Origin: Eledone cirrhosa
Taxonomy: Eukaryota
Assembly: GCA_964016885.1 (NCBI GenBank)
Contig: OZ024740.1
Span: 287,804,001-287,868,000 of the forward strand
Direction: 5' to 3'
DNA length: 64,000 bases
Positions 1-12,869 of the stretch are shown here, one piece after another. Position numbers and translations under genes: made by a program. Positions within the stretch are counted from its first letter, which is position 1. Each line of letters starts with the position of its first letter. Under the pieces are notes generated by a model. The model saw nothing but the letters and a program-made list of their open reading frames with translations. It was not told the origin of the DNA and searched no databases.

Positions 1-1153
1 TTACACATTCACACTCAATCCTTACACATTGACTCAATCACCCAAAACATTTTTTGATTCCAGAAGAATAATGTGACAAATTAATTTTGAATTTGTTTCT
101 AAATTTATTGTATACTGCTGTAGTCAACTTGATTTAATGCATATTTTAATTGTTTTAAGAGACTAGACATAGCTATTGTTGTTAGTGTGTAGCAGATATT
201 GAGATGTGATAAGTTCATTGTAAAATGTGGCCACAACCTGATTCTGCGTGCCAGTCGAAATTGCTCTATTTACTTCATAAGTTTTAAAATTGATGCCTAC
301 ATTAGAAATCTCTTCTATTATTATCATATGCTATAAAACAATGTAAATTATTGTAAAAACAATGACATGGAAAACAGAAGAGCATTTATATTTCATTGTT
401 AGATGTTGGTAGCCACTCTCTATTACAAACAGGTGAAAGAAATCTGGCTTTTACTATGACTGTCTTTACTACATCTGGCATTAAGTTGCTTGCATGGGGA
501 TAATACTCATATGGTAGCACTTTTATAATATTGTAAAATTACTTTTAATAGTGTCAGCATTATTCTTAATTGATTGGCTTTGGTCTAATTTGAAACAACT
601 ATATTATAATGCTTTTGTATTGATGTCATAGAATTGTGTAAAGAATATACAACACTGGATTTGTGAATCAATATAAAATGTGATATATATTTTCTCGCAT
701 GTTTGTTCTCATATAATGTTGTTCAGTTTATATTTGTTACTGGTGGACCCAAGCCATCGATAATGATGACAATAGTGTTGAACATATTTAATTTTTGAAC
801 TCCAAGACCAAGATAAGTATGCTATGTATACCAGGGTTACCAGATATATGTACAATCATAGAAAACAGGAAATTTGCATTAAAAAAAACCCTTGAGTTTA
901 TGTTAATTCCTCACACGTGTAAGTGATTAAAGTTAAGAATGATATTTTAATAAATTATTTTCATGTTATCATCATATGACATATAGGATTAAATATATGA
1001 GTAACTTTGGAGAAATAACTATAATGGAGGCAAGTAAAGGGTTTGACCCTAGAACATTATGATTGGAAAATGTTCTTATTGTAGTAACATGACTGATATA
1101 GGATAATGCATTATGAGTATGTTTGTGTGAGTAAATTTTAAAGAGCTACCGAC

Positions 1154-1156
<3 letters not shown>

Positions 1157-1203
<47 letters not shown>
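1157..1203. repeat. (TA)n microsatellite
   Basis: Pure TA run. Confidence 0.95.
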
Positions 1204-1206
<3 letters not shown>

Positions 1207-2335
1207 TATAAAACACATGGAATATTATTCTGGTTGATGAGATATTTTCCTTAGAATTTCCACACTCATTTATTTTTTTAATCTATAATACATAATTCTT
1301 AGTGTTCAATTTGTTATATATCCCATTGTGTATTACCTGAGTAATATAGCTTTGCCATAAGTGGAAATATTTACTCATTAGATAATTATCTATTTCATTA
1401 TTAAGCATTTGTTTCAAGTTATATACACATGCGGTGGTAAAATCTATTTAATGCCTTTTCCTGTAAACATAATATATTTTAAATCATTGTATATAAATGT
1501 ATTTATACAATTATTTAAAATATTTCAGTTCAGCAACAGCGGCTTTTTACTTGCACTCACAAGAAAACATTTTTATTATGATTTTTTTATATCCCATATT
1601 TTTAGTTGCATGTTTATATATCTACTGTTGCTTTGCCACTGGGTAAAAGGATTTGTTGTTTTATTTATTTTAATGATTTATTGAAGATATTTAAAAAACA
1701 TTATTGCCTTTCTGTTTTTACTGCAGTCAAGTTTCAAATGCAGTTTATAATTTTGGTTATAGTTTCTATTCTTTAAATTTCATTAAGGTTTTAATAGAAA
1801 TTGCTTATTATTTTTATATTGGTAGTTGAAAGTGGAATTAACATATATTTATATTAATTACATACATTTAATAATCAGTTATTTATACTATTTTTTCTAT
1901 ATAAATTTTGTTAGTTACTAAATTCTAAATGAAAAAATATAGCAATTTATTCTCTAAAAAATAGTTTATTTTCAGAATTGCTATGAAGTTATTTATTAGC
2001 TATGTTCATTGAATTATGTTTGTAAAATTATATCTCAATATACTTTATATAAGTGTCTATATATATATACATACACACACACACATAATCACATTATATG
2101 CATATTTATCACTTAAACTTTTGCATAATTTATTTTACTTACCGTGGTGTCACTTAATTTAAAGACAAGAGTCTACTGATGGTTAAACTTTAATTATTTC
2201 TATTTATTTAATTATTTACAATTCAAATGAATAGAAAACAAATGTTTTCCTTTCAAATATGGTGTAAGATGAACATTTTCAATCAAGCTAATATAATTAT
2301 TGGTTGTAGCAATACACCACAAAAGTGAATGTCAT

Positions 2336-2640
2336 TTAAGAACATTTAAAGCAAATAATTTCCCCCTTACAAAATTGCTTTTGATGACTTTCTTCATTAT
2401 TGCTTTGGTTGTCATGCTGAAAAATCAATAACTGGCCAAAATGACTCCTAGCAAATAAAAACATAGTCTTCTGCAAGATCTCCAAAAAGTCGATACTGTG
2501 TGTAATGCTCAACCCGACCTCAATTATACAACTCCAAATCAATGACATTGCTACCACCATGCTTTTCTCAGCTGCCTTGATCAAGGACAGTCAGAATAGC
2601 TCTGTTTCATTGAAGATGTTCACGACAGCATGAGTAGCAG
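2336..2640 (-). mobile_element. Decayed Tc1-like transposase fragment
   Basis: Minus ORF has IWSCI...FLEILQ...LIFQHDN, resembling Tc1 VWGC...YxxIL...FQxDN; no TIRs found. Confidence 0.4.
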
Positions 2641-3789
2641 TCACTGAGCAATTAAATTCAGCATCCATATTATCTTATACAATTGGTCAGTTCTTGATTG
2701 CATCTCTGATGATATAAGCTTTACCCATCACAACAGATCTTGAGATGATATAACTAAGTCATTGTATTAAAATTATACTTATAAAATGTTCTTAAATTAA
2801 CTAACATTCATTTTATGGCTTTGTTAATACTATCAATATTTGCATTATTATACTACTAAAATTGTGGGTCCATGTTCCTGATTGTCTAAAAATAGTGCAG
2901 TTTAGGCACAGAGACCAATGTGATTAGCAGAGAGCCTCTACATTAAATTCCCTCAAATCACCCTTCTTTTTTAAAGAAAAATACGACTCATTAGCTAATA
3001 TAACCCTTCATTCTTATAGAGAAACATGGGATGATCATGGCTGGAATGTCTTTGATATCTGCTCAGTCAGCCAACCTGGGCAATAATAAATTGATCATAA
3101 ACACATCAAGGAAGCCTGTATGCAGTTGCATGAGCTGCTAGAAGTAACAGCCAAATCGTTCTCAGATCACACATCTTACAGCCATTCAAATAATTCATGT
3201 TAATGTACTGAATTTGCAATATACTAAATCTAAATTAAATGCGCCAATATTCTTTGTAAGAAATAATATAAATGATATGTTTGAAATAATAAATTTATGG
3301 TTATCATTCAACAAATTGAATATCCATCTAGTCCTAATTAAAATTGTGCTTAAATTTACATATTTTGAATTGAACATAAGTGATTAAAAAGCAAAAACCA
3401 ATAATGTCTGTTTAATCGATATACTCTTTAAGCTAAGTGATGCCACTATATATTTTATCTAGTGTACTTTATTATTTTATTTATTAATTGTCCAGTATTT
3501 GAAAGCCTAATTTCATAAGTTTTTGCTTTAAGTATTTTATTTGCTCAAATAATTTGCTATTTTTGTCTTCACAATATGTTTTGTTTGATGGTTGCCATGC
3601 TGACTTTTCAATATTGTAAGCTTCACTATTTTCCTGATAGATAGCTTATGATAATTATCTAGATTCCTATCGTTAGGCCATGAAATAATGTTAGGCTACA
3701 TCATTTGTCTCAAACCTAACCTGATTATTTGTTTAAAAGATTAGCCATTACCATGTATACATAAAATTAACATTGTTTTCATTTTGCAG

Positions 3790-3941
3790 GCTGCTAATTT
3801 ATCTGGATTAGATATAATTGCTGCTCAACAATATCAGCAACAAATGCTCCAGCAACTAGTTGCTGGTAGTTATTCTGCTCCTGAGCCTCCATTAGCATAC
3901 CCAACCTCATCTGGTATCCTTGATGAATTTGGGCGTGAAAG
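3790..3941 (+). CDS. WNK: WNK kinase internal exon (Q-rich low-complexity segment); first exon identifiable in window
   Basis: Acceptor ttttgcag|GCT (phase 0), donor AG|gttgga (phase 2) followed by a T-rich intron. Splices in frame to 4058, giving GRE-S-ESDGSAAP. Confidence 0.8.
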
Positions 3942-4057
3942 GTTGGATTTATTTTTAAAATATTTTTTCTTTTTCCTTTTTTTTTCTCTGTCAATCCCTC
4001 TTCTTCCTCAGTTTCAATTGTTCAGTTTAACTATTTACATTGTAATTTTGTCTTTAG

Positions 4058-4271
4058 TGAAAGTGATGGTTCTGCAGCACCTATGATGGAAAAATCTAGA
4101 AGAAAATCTCGCGTGAAACGTCGAGAAAAAAAGGGTTTAAAGCTTACTATTCTTGCAGTAGAAGAAGCTGGACAAGAAGTTGAATGTAAATTAGATATTG
4201 CCAATAAAAATACAGTTACATACAAATTCACTCTTGAAAATGATAAACCTGAAGAAATTGCTGAAAATTTG
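4058..4271 (+). CDS. WNK: WNK exon: basic stretch and first part of CCT-like domain
   Basis: tctttag|T acceptor, TTG|gtaaga donor. VECKLDIANKNTVTYKFTLENDKPEEIAENL resembles the WNK CCT-like consensus (VECxLxT..KxVTFKF..DxPEEIA), preceded by SRRKSRVKRREK as in WNKs. Confidence 0.93.
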
Positions 4272-4511
4272 GTAAGATCTGTCTGTTTATTATTCATGTA
4301 AAAGATAATTCTGTTTTTTCTTGTTTATCTTCATTATATTTTAAACTAAATTGAATTATAGTCTAAACATATATATTAAAAATAATTAAATAGTAAGTGG
4401 ATTGCTTTGGATTTAAAAAAAACATACTTCTATTGAAACAGCTGTAGGAAATTGTTTTTTTAATTTTTTTTTTAAAAGTTATGGTGTATGTAATATTTTG
4501 ATATTTTATAG

Positions 4512-4700
4512 GTTGCTGAAGATCTTTTGCCTGAAGCTCAAGTGAGCATTTTTATTGAACTGATGGAGGGAGCTATCAAAGAAGTGAAGAATGACCCTTC
4601 GAGTGCTGTTGCTTTATGTATCAGTGCTGCTAATACTCCAACTTCAAGTCCATGTGTTTCAAGAAAATCTAGGCATTCTGCTGAAATCGATTCTTCAAAG
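4512..4700 (+). CDS. WNK: WNK exon: second part of CCT-like domain
   Basis: ttttatag|GTT acceptor, AAG|gtgata donor, phase 0-0. VAEDLLPEAQVSIFIELMEGAIKEV continues the domain helices. Confidence 0.9.
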
Positions 4701-4865
4701 GTGATAATTTATACAGTTGGCAAAATTTATGTTTCTGGATGAAACAGGCAAAGGGTGGTTTTCTTTAGAGTTAGTTGCAAAAATAAAGATCAGAGTTTGC
4801 ATTTTGTGTGTGTCCCCCCTGAAATTAGTTAACCATTTCATAAACTTGGCCAATTCTTTATTTAG

Positions 4866-5032
4866 ATTACTGTAAATGTGGTTGGTGTTAGGAAGGGCAT
4901 TCAGCCGTAGAAAACCTGCCAGATAGTCCTATATGAGCGAGACATGGTCACCCAACCAACCTTGCCTCAAGTGGGACAACTCCCGTCTAACCCATGCTAG
5001 CGTGGAAAATGGACGTTAAACGATGATGATGA
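4866..5032 (+). mobile_element. 5'-truncated SINE / non-autonomous RTE derivative ending in (GAT)n
   Basis: ggttggtgttaggaagggcat motif plus tail acccatgctagcgtggaaaatggacgttaaacgatgatgat, shared with many copies and with the RTE 3' end at about 38440-38490. Confidence 0.85.
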
Positions 5033-5259
5033 TTACTTTAACTAGATTGTAGATAATTGTTGTATTAATGATTGTTAATCTATCATAAGCAAGCTTTGTA
5101 AAATAAACTGGGCTAGTAGAATCAAGGGACACATGACAAACTTGTAACAAAATATGAACTCCTGACCCAATGGCTAGTATTTTGATGTATTCCCCGACTC
5201 TTTTTCATGAAATTGTAACCATAAATTGTGACAATTTAATAAAATGTTATATTTGTCAG

Positions 5260-5940
5260 AAACTTCACTTTGACCAATCTGATGAACACAAGAGTTCAGA
5301 TGGCGGAGATAAAGAAACTGAACCGAAAAAACCTCATTCAAGTGATCAGCAAGAATCTATTGTTGAAACGAAAAAGAAGAGGTTTGTTGTAAGTAAAGTT
5401 CCTGAATTCCATCCATTAGAGAAAAGACCAACAGAAGATGATGATGATGGTAAATCAACGACTGGAAATGCCTCTATTGAAAATCAAGAGCCAGAATGTC
5501 CTGAGGTATCTGGACCTGCAAAAACTATAGTATCTGAATCCGATGCCTATCAAGAATTTGAAAGGCTGTCAAGGTCCCATTCATTACCTTCTAATGTACC
5601 TATGGATTTAAATGATCTGCAAGAAAAACTTTCGCAATTGACTGCTTCCCAAAAAGCTAGTAATGGCACATTGTCAACTTCTGGTGCAACACCAAATTCT
5701 ATGGCTACTGATGGACACTTGAATATCTTTTTACAAAATACCCCAATGACCACTACACCAATGTCTGATGTAAGCAGCCTCTCAGGGTTGGATAATGTTC
5801 AAAGTAAACAAGATCAATTAACACCTGATCAACAACATCAACAGTTACTGGGTATGCTTACATCACAGCAGCAGCAGCAGCAACATGCACATTCAGTGCA
5901 GTCACATTCTCATCTGGCTGCCAAATCTCTTCCACCACAG
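5260..5940 (+). CDS. WNK: WNK exon: disordered region with RFVV motif and poly-Q
   Basis: ttgtcag|AAA acceptor, CAG|gtaatg donor, phase 0-0, 681 nt open. KKKRFVVSKV at 5371-5400. Confidence 0.9.
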
Positions 5941-6431
5941 GTAATGTATAATTCCAATGTTCTAGCATTTGTATTAAATGTTATATTTATCTATAAAATA
6001 CTGAAAATAGGCAATGATGCATCATCATCACTTATCTCTACTTTTGTGGCATTGGCTGGTGAAGTCTTCCTTTTGATATTTACATGTCTCAAGCAGTATG
6101 TTAGAATGATTTATAATGTTTGTTGATGACTGCTTTGTATATGCCATATGTTGTGGTTTTAGGGTTCCTCTTGACATTTCCTACTTTGGCAACAAGATTT
6201 CCCATTTGTCAGTAAGCATAAGCATGATGAGTCTTAGGTTCTTTAAATCCTATACTTTGAGCAACAGAACATATGCATTAAAGGTGTAGGTTGCACAGTA
6301 GTCTATTTCTCTGAATCTACATTAGTTAATCTGTGAAATTTTATAGATTTGATCTCAATACATTTTAAGTGCTTTTCTCCACTTAAATTAGTTTTATTTT
6401 TCTTCCCTAGAATCTATAATTTTCTATTCAT

Positions 6432-6826
6432 ATTCATACAATCTTTCCTTCAACCATTTTGATACCAAACTGCTTGAAACCACTCCTGGTTCTATGGAAC
6501 AAAAGTACTTGTCTTAAAGTAATCATACTTACTAAAAGCCTTTCATTATAATTTTTTTAAAGAACTTTTAGTTAAGTAATGTTCCAAACATGAGCTTGAT
6601 GATGAAAAAGTTAGTTAGTTAACTAAATTTTTCCAAATTCTTAATTGTTTTCATAATTGAAACATTGGCAGTCTATTTCATGGGTGTTTTAATAATATGG
6701 GCTCCTGGTCTTATAAAAAGCAATGTGAAATGAATTGAAACCCCGACTTAATGATTGTGCGATACCAACATCCTAACCACTAGGCTATACACCTACATAT
6801 TAGAAGTATGGTAACAAAAGGGTTAA
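6432..6826. mobile_element. piggyBac-like MITE with nested tRNA-SINE head (about 6690-6796, minus)
   Basis: Ends aaccattttgatacca ... tggtaacaaaagggttaa are imperfect TIRs with TTAA-like target; internal ctaaccactaggctatacacc is a reversed A-box-like head. Confidence 0.55.
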
Positions 6827-7812
6827 CACACATTTTCATTTAGAAGTTTTTAAATTATTTTATACTTTTAGGTCTAATTCAATTCGTGTTACTTCTGCCC
6901 CAGCTGCATGGATCAATATGCTGTATTTTTGTGTGCAACATTTATCAACCATGCCCTACTATTGTTGTCTTTTCAGCCAGCAGTTCACTTGCTCTCAGTT
7001 TGTCTCTTTACTTTGTATAACTCTTTCAGTTTTCTGTTCTCTAGTAGGGTGCTACCATAAAGTATCATATTTATGTTTGCATATCAATTCCTTTGCATAA
7101 GATTATGGGTTTCTATATATTGATGTATATGAAAGAATATATAAATATATTGACATTAAAAAAATGAAAATAGATGGAATAACTTGTAGGAATCATATAA
7201 GCCTTATACATGGATACTCTCAGTAAAGTGAGCATGTAAGCTTGGAATTTATCAAGCAGGTAGATGTCCAAGGCTTCATTCTCAGTCTCCTACTATTCTT
7301 CAGGCCATAATAGAGGAATGAGTTCAAAACTGACTGTTATGGAAATTCCTTTTATACTAGCAAATTATTTCCTGAAAGTTCATGAGTTATAGGAAAAGTT
7401 CTTAACATGGAATCAAGAAGTTTTAAAGATAATTTAACGAGGAACATTTTAGTAGGGAAATGGCCATGCTCAGTATATAGAAATTGAGTTGATAAGAATT
7501 CTATATTACATGCTTAATATAAAGAATTACTGCACAAGGGATGCAGTGGCTTATGTAAGCAGACAGAGAAAAGAGATTTAATATGTAATTGGTGCACAGG
7601 AATGGTTAATAGTAAAATCTCTAAAAAATATATATACTGTCCAGATGGCTCACTAGAAATAGTTGATCATTTCTGTTACCGTGCTGATCTAATCTTTGGT
7701 GGAGGCAGGCATTGCAAGGAGTGGAAAAGTTGGAGCTATTATCTCTATTGACAACAAAGGACTTCTCTCCGAATAAAAGGTTGATTATATGGCACTGAAT
7801 GTGTGAAGGGTG

Positions 7813-8200
7813 GATCATCATCATCATCATCGTTTAACGTCCATCTTCCACGCTTGCATGGGTTTGGACGGGAGTTTTCCCACTTGAGGCAAGATTGGTT
7901 GTCCTGCTCGTATAGGACTGTCTGGCGGGTTTTCTACGGCTGGATGCCCTTCCTAACACCAACCACGTTTACAGTGTGGACTGGGAGGTTTTTACCGTGT
8001 TACCTACACGGCCACATTACAGCATGGACTGTGTGTTTTTTTGTTGTGACATCTACACGTCTAGCAGGTTTTCTACGGCTGGGTGCCCTTCCCAACACCA
8101 ACCACGTTTACAGTGTGGACTGGGAGGTTTTTACCGTGTTACCTACACGGCCACATTACAGCGTGGACTGTGTGTTTTTTTGTCGTGACACCTACACGAC
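7813..8200 (-). mobile_element. RTE-tail SINE-like segment with internal 139-bp-period duplication
   Basis: (CAT)n tail at 7815-7830; close reverse complement of 4880-5032; unit 7928-8059 repeated at 8067-8198. Confidence 0.85.
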
Positions 8201-8299
8201 CTCATTTGTTTCAGACTGGATGTTGTGGTACCAACATAACTTCACATTTAAGGGGGTGGTGTGGATGGAGTGGGGGTAGTGGGACGGGGGTGTATTTTG

Positions 8300-8843
8300 T
8301 TAGAGGTGCCTACTGACTGTAGGTTTCGCTTTGTACTTAGGCAAGGCGCGTCTTCTTGTGTAGCGCCAAAGATCTCGGTCCAGTGACATTGTCTTGGAGA
8401 GGTGTAAGTGTGTGAGGTCGGAATTTATCAAGTCGTCCCAGGTTTTTCTGGGTCTGCCTACTCCGTGGCTACCGTCTATCTTTATTGCCCTGCACTTTTT
8501 TATACAGCTGTCGTCTTTCATGCGCATCACGTGACCATACCAACGTAGTCTTCTCTCGAGTAAACAACATCTGATCCCTCTTATTCCTAATTTCTCCCTT
8601 AGTTCGTTTAAGCTTTGCCGTTCACGTATATTACACATCCAGCGGAGCATGCAAGCTTCGTTTCTCTCCAGTCTGCGTAGATCCTCTGCACACAAGGCCC
8701 ATGTCTCACTGCCATGTAACATTGCTGTTCGTATGCAGGCATCATACAGCCTGCCTTTCATTTTTAGAGAGAACCCTTTAGCGGCCAATAGTGGTATAAG
8801 CTCTCTGACCTTTTTCCATCCCGTTCTGACTCTAGCTACTGTA
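8300..8843 (-). mobile_element. 5'-truncated RTE-clade LINE (C-terminal region after RT), young copy
   Basis: Uninterrupted ORF with LYDACIRTAMLHGSETWAL...RRLRWYGHVMRM...GRPRKTW typical of RTE ORF C-termini; CpGs retained. Confidence 0.9.
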
Positions 8844-9818
8844 ATGCATGCATGCATGAATGACAGCACAAATGTTCTATCTGCTGTAGTATATCAGAGA
8901 CAAAAATATGATATGCATAAAAAATTATAGTTGTGTGAAAAAGTATCAAATGGATCAAGTAGATCTTCATTCAAGATGGTTCATTAGCAGTAGAATTTAT
9001 GATGTTGATTATCATCAACATAATTTTAGTATTCTTTATTGCTTGCTGATGTGAATTTAATGGTTTTATTATGCAGCATTCTCTATTTGTTTCAATCCTC
9101 TATCACCTTATGGCCAGTGTTCTCAAATCTAACTTTACTACTTATTCCAGCACCCCCCCCCCCCCCCCCCCCCGCCCCTCTCATTTTCCCAGAATTTCAG
9201 TGTAGGATAGCCTTTTTTTTTTTTTTAATTGGAAGTTGATTTTACAGCTATCTGGAATGCTCAACTGTTAGCAACTCAACATAAAGTAAGAGTGGAACTT
9301 GTCTTTTTCTTTATTTTTTGTCAGTCGAAGAAATTGGAATGAGCAGTTATATATCATGCTCATAATGACTAGTAAGGTTTGGGACATAACCACTATGCTT
9401 CCTATATTACATGTCAAAATTAGTACAGCTGTCTCTCCTGTAGTCATTGACTAATGCCATTATTTTCCCCAATTGTTTAAATTCTCTAACTTAATCATAC
9501 TCTTCAGCAAAGTGGATAATGTCCCTATTTTCCATGGAGCAATAGAGATAACTACTTTTACCAAATTCTTCTAAATGAATATTCATTCATTGCACATGAT
9601 ATATTGACTATTTTAGTAATGTTTACTATATTCCAAACAATACTTATTGTTGTTACTTGCATATTATATTGGAAATCTTGTTTTATTTATTTATTAATTT
9701 GTTTATTACTGTTTCTAGAAATAATAAAGTAATTTTGAATTGTTTTACTTCATATGCTTTTTATTTATTTTTTCCTGTAATATCCTATTTTATTTTTGAA
9801 ATTATATCTTTTGTTTAG

Positions 9819-11324
9819 GTCCATCAACAAATGTTAGCTAATCTACAGTCTCAAGATCAAAATCCAGTTTCTCACATTCCCCAGACACCTGCAACTTCTG
9901 GAAGCTATACTGCTGTTGATCCGAATCTCCACTACACAACACATACACAGTTACCACAATCTACATATTCACAACACATTCCTACTAATCAACAACAGTT
10001 ATTTTTGCAACAACAACAGCAACAATTGCTTCAGTATCAGAGCTTGCTTCTTCCTTGCCTCTATGCTACTGATCCTTTTATGCCTTTACGTATGCAGATG
10101 TATCAGGTTTATAAAACAATGGAGCAAGTACACTTACAACAAGGAAATCCTATACCTTTATTACCAAACTTGTTTACACCAATGTATTCATACCCTCAGA
10201 CAAATTTCTCCAACATGCCACCTTCTGAAATGTCTTCAAGTGGTGTTACTCAGCCATCGCCTCCCCAGTCCCCCTCTCAGGTTCATGCAGAAGGAGAATC
10301 AGCCCAATACCATAAGCATGTTAGTCATATGTCAGAACAAGAACCACATGAAACTCCCACTGATCTTGCCAACCTTGAACAGGCTCTGATTGAAAAATTG
10401 CACATACACAAAAGAGACTCAAATCTGTTAGGCCCATATCAGGCAACATCTTCAACATCTTCCATGACTACTGGAACTGGTGGCTCTGAATATGACTATC
10501 AACAATCTTTATCTGTTGAGTATAAAGATGACACGACTGACCCTATAACATCAGAAGTTGGCTATAGTGAAGATACTATTTCTACAGAAGATACTTTAGC
10601 TCCAGTATCTGACTCACTAACACCTCAACCAGCAAGTGAACCTCAATATCAAGTTAATGGGATGAATGAAGAAAATATTGCTTTTAGAAAATCTAGGTTT
10701 GTAGTCAGTACTGTGAAGGAAGATACAGCAATGACACCAAATGCTTCAGAAGAAAGCAGTCCTGCTTTGATGGAATCACCCCAAGCACTGGTAGAAGACA
10801 GTAAAGATGATGCAATTTCTGGTCTTCATCGATTCCATACTGCTAAGAAAGGCAGATTCCATGTTACAACAATGCAAGAAAGCCTACCACCTGCTGCTTC
10901 TAGCTTTACTAACACTCCTACTTCTCAATTACCTGATGTAAAAGGTTTAAGGGTCTGTACTTCTACTGCTCAACTGCCTGAGGTAAATGTTTCTATTGCT
11001 TTTAATTCAGAGGTTCCAACATTAACCAATAAAAATTGCTTACCTAACATTGAATTTGCTGATGATATTTCTGATGGTTCTCCCTTAGTTCTTAGTATTC
11101 CTCTAGAACACCGTTCTTGTAGTCCTTTTTCTTCATCTAACACTCTTACTGTTGCTACTGACTTTGATTCTCTTTATAGCTCACATAACCTTTCTATCCC
11201 TATTAGTTTGCTAAATTCACCCTTTTCTGTGTCTTTAAATGAATGTTCTACCCAGACTTCTCCACAAATGTCTTCATATCAAAGGAAACATAACCATTTC
11301 ATGGAAGATATTCTCATTGAAGAG
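9819..11324 (+). CDS. WNK: WNK large exon: Q/P/S-rich region with RFVV and RFHV motifs (alternative donor at 10982)
   Basis: tgtttag|GTC acceptor in frame with the 503-aa ORF. In-frame donors GAG|gtaaat (10982) and GAG|gtacct (11324). RKSRFVV (RFVV at 10695) and KKGRFHV (RFHV at 10854). Confidence 0.88.
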
Positions 11325-11619
11325 GTACCTAGTAAAAAATAGTTTCTATTTTTTCATAGAAATTAGATGTATGAATTGAAGATATGGTCTTGATTTTTTT
11401 TTTTTTTTTTTTTTTTTATATTTTATATTTTAAAAACAAAAATATTGCCCCCTTCCTTATTTTTTTTCTTGTGGCACAATACAAAGGAAAGTGGGAATTG
11501 TAAAAGAAAATTAAAGCTTGTGACAAAGAAGAGAAGGTGGGGTGGAGCAGTTCATTTTCTATCAATTTTTGTGTGTTGAGTCTGAGGAATGGTGGGAGGT
11601 GTAACCATGCCTGTATGCC

Positions 11620-11710
11620 ATCAAGATCATTGTCTTTATGTAAACTTTTCCATGCTGGCATAAATTAGGCAGTGTTTTATGGCTAGATTGCCCTTCCTGA
11701 CACCAACACT
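11620..11710 (-). mobile_element. Short decayed RTE-tail SINE fragment
   Basis: ttttccatgctggcat ... gcccttcctgacaccaac matches the family in reverse. Confidence 0.6.
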
Positions 11711-12282
11711 TTTAGTTAGTTATAACACGCAGCCACTTGACACACACGATGTGTGTGTGTGCTTGTGTGTTTTATTGGGATTGTCATTGATGGGTTTGTG
11801 ATATATATTTATATATATGTGAGTGTGTGTGGATATATATATAGAGATAGATGGAATTTGTCTAATTGTTTACTATAGAAAAGGGAGCGTTTGGGCTTAC
11901 ATACTTTAAAATAACTACACAATCAGTTTTTTTACATAAAAATTAATTTGGTAATAAATTGGGGACCTGCTTAGTGTCAAATTATCTCCCTTATCCTGGG
12001 CAAAACTATAAATTTCAGTAGAGACATCAAATGAAAATTTTCCGTTTAATAAGTGTTTTATAAGTATGGTTGGTTTAAATATATTTTCAATTGGTGATTT
12101 TTTTTAAATTTTTTTACAACCACCTTATTGGTTCTTCTGCCCCCCCCCCCCCCCCCCCTCAAAATAAAAGTATTTAACAATCGAATATGGTGAATTTTAG
12201 CATTTCAAGAGTTTTGTTATAAAAAGGGAGTCTTTTGCACAGGGAAATATGTGTGTGCGATTATATATACACACATATATAT

Positions 12283-12470
12283 ATATTAGTGAGGTAGAGG
12301 ATCGACCACGGGTTCAGGCAGTTTTGGCTAGAAACTTCTTTCTAGAAAGGAGTTACTAGTGAGGTTGATCCTCTATCTCATTAATATACCCACTCTGCAT
12401 CATACCATGTATCAAGTACTACTCTGATTTGTGGTTTTCCTGGGTTCCGTACTGCATACACTCAATATAT
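12283..12470. repeat. Fold-back element in TA microsatellite
   Basis: Arms tattagtgaggtagaggatcgacc / ggttgatcctctatctcattaata, internal palindrome aacttctttctagaaaggagtt, then about 80 bp unique tail. Confidence 0.7.
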
Positions 12471-12869
12471 ATGTATACATCTAAAATAAGAAAAGAAATT
12501 CTTCCCCATGCATACAAATATATATCTATATGTATAAACGCCCGCTTTCTATGCTGACATGGGTTGAATAGGAACAGGTCATCACAGTCCTAGACTAGAC
12601 AGGTCAGAGAACCATGTCTAGCTCATAAGTTCCTATATATATATATATATGTAAATACTATCAATCATTGTTAATTTTGTAATATTGCAGAGTGAGTGAG
12701 AATTGGCTGTTATTTCTAGCATCTCAAGCAACCATATGAATTCATATCATATTTGGCTTGATGGGGGCTATTGTTGCACTTATATGTGTTTGTGTATGCA
12801 AACACACATGCACACATACATTTATATGCATGCACACATATACATGAACACGCATGCACACACACACAC

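Noticed and set aside
1529-1545. Q-coding micro-exon (ttcagcaacagcg)
   Set aside because: Acceptor-like site but no convincing donor.
1-3789. WNK kinase-domain exons or KLHL3-binding acidic motif
   Set aside because: Not found; the region looks intronic and these parts should lie upstream of the window.
5170-5259. N-terminal parts of ORFs 5170, 14137 and 15854 and tails after donors
   Set aside because: Intronic read-through beyond clear splice sites.
6872-7100. Extra WNK exon after ttttag at 6871
   Set aside because: Phase-0 entry hits TAA at the second codon; the open frame is incompatible with neighbouring phase-0 junctions and no clear donor was seen.
9153-9178. Poly-C/G tracts (also 12140, 28928, 36400, 40187) as functional G-quadruplexes
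   Set aside because: Simple homopolymers with unreliable length and no supporting context.
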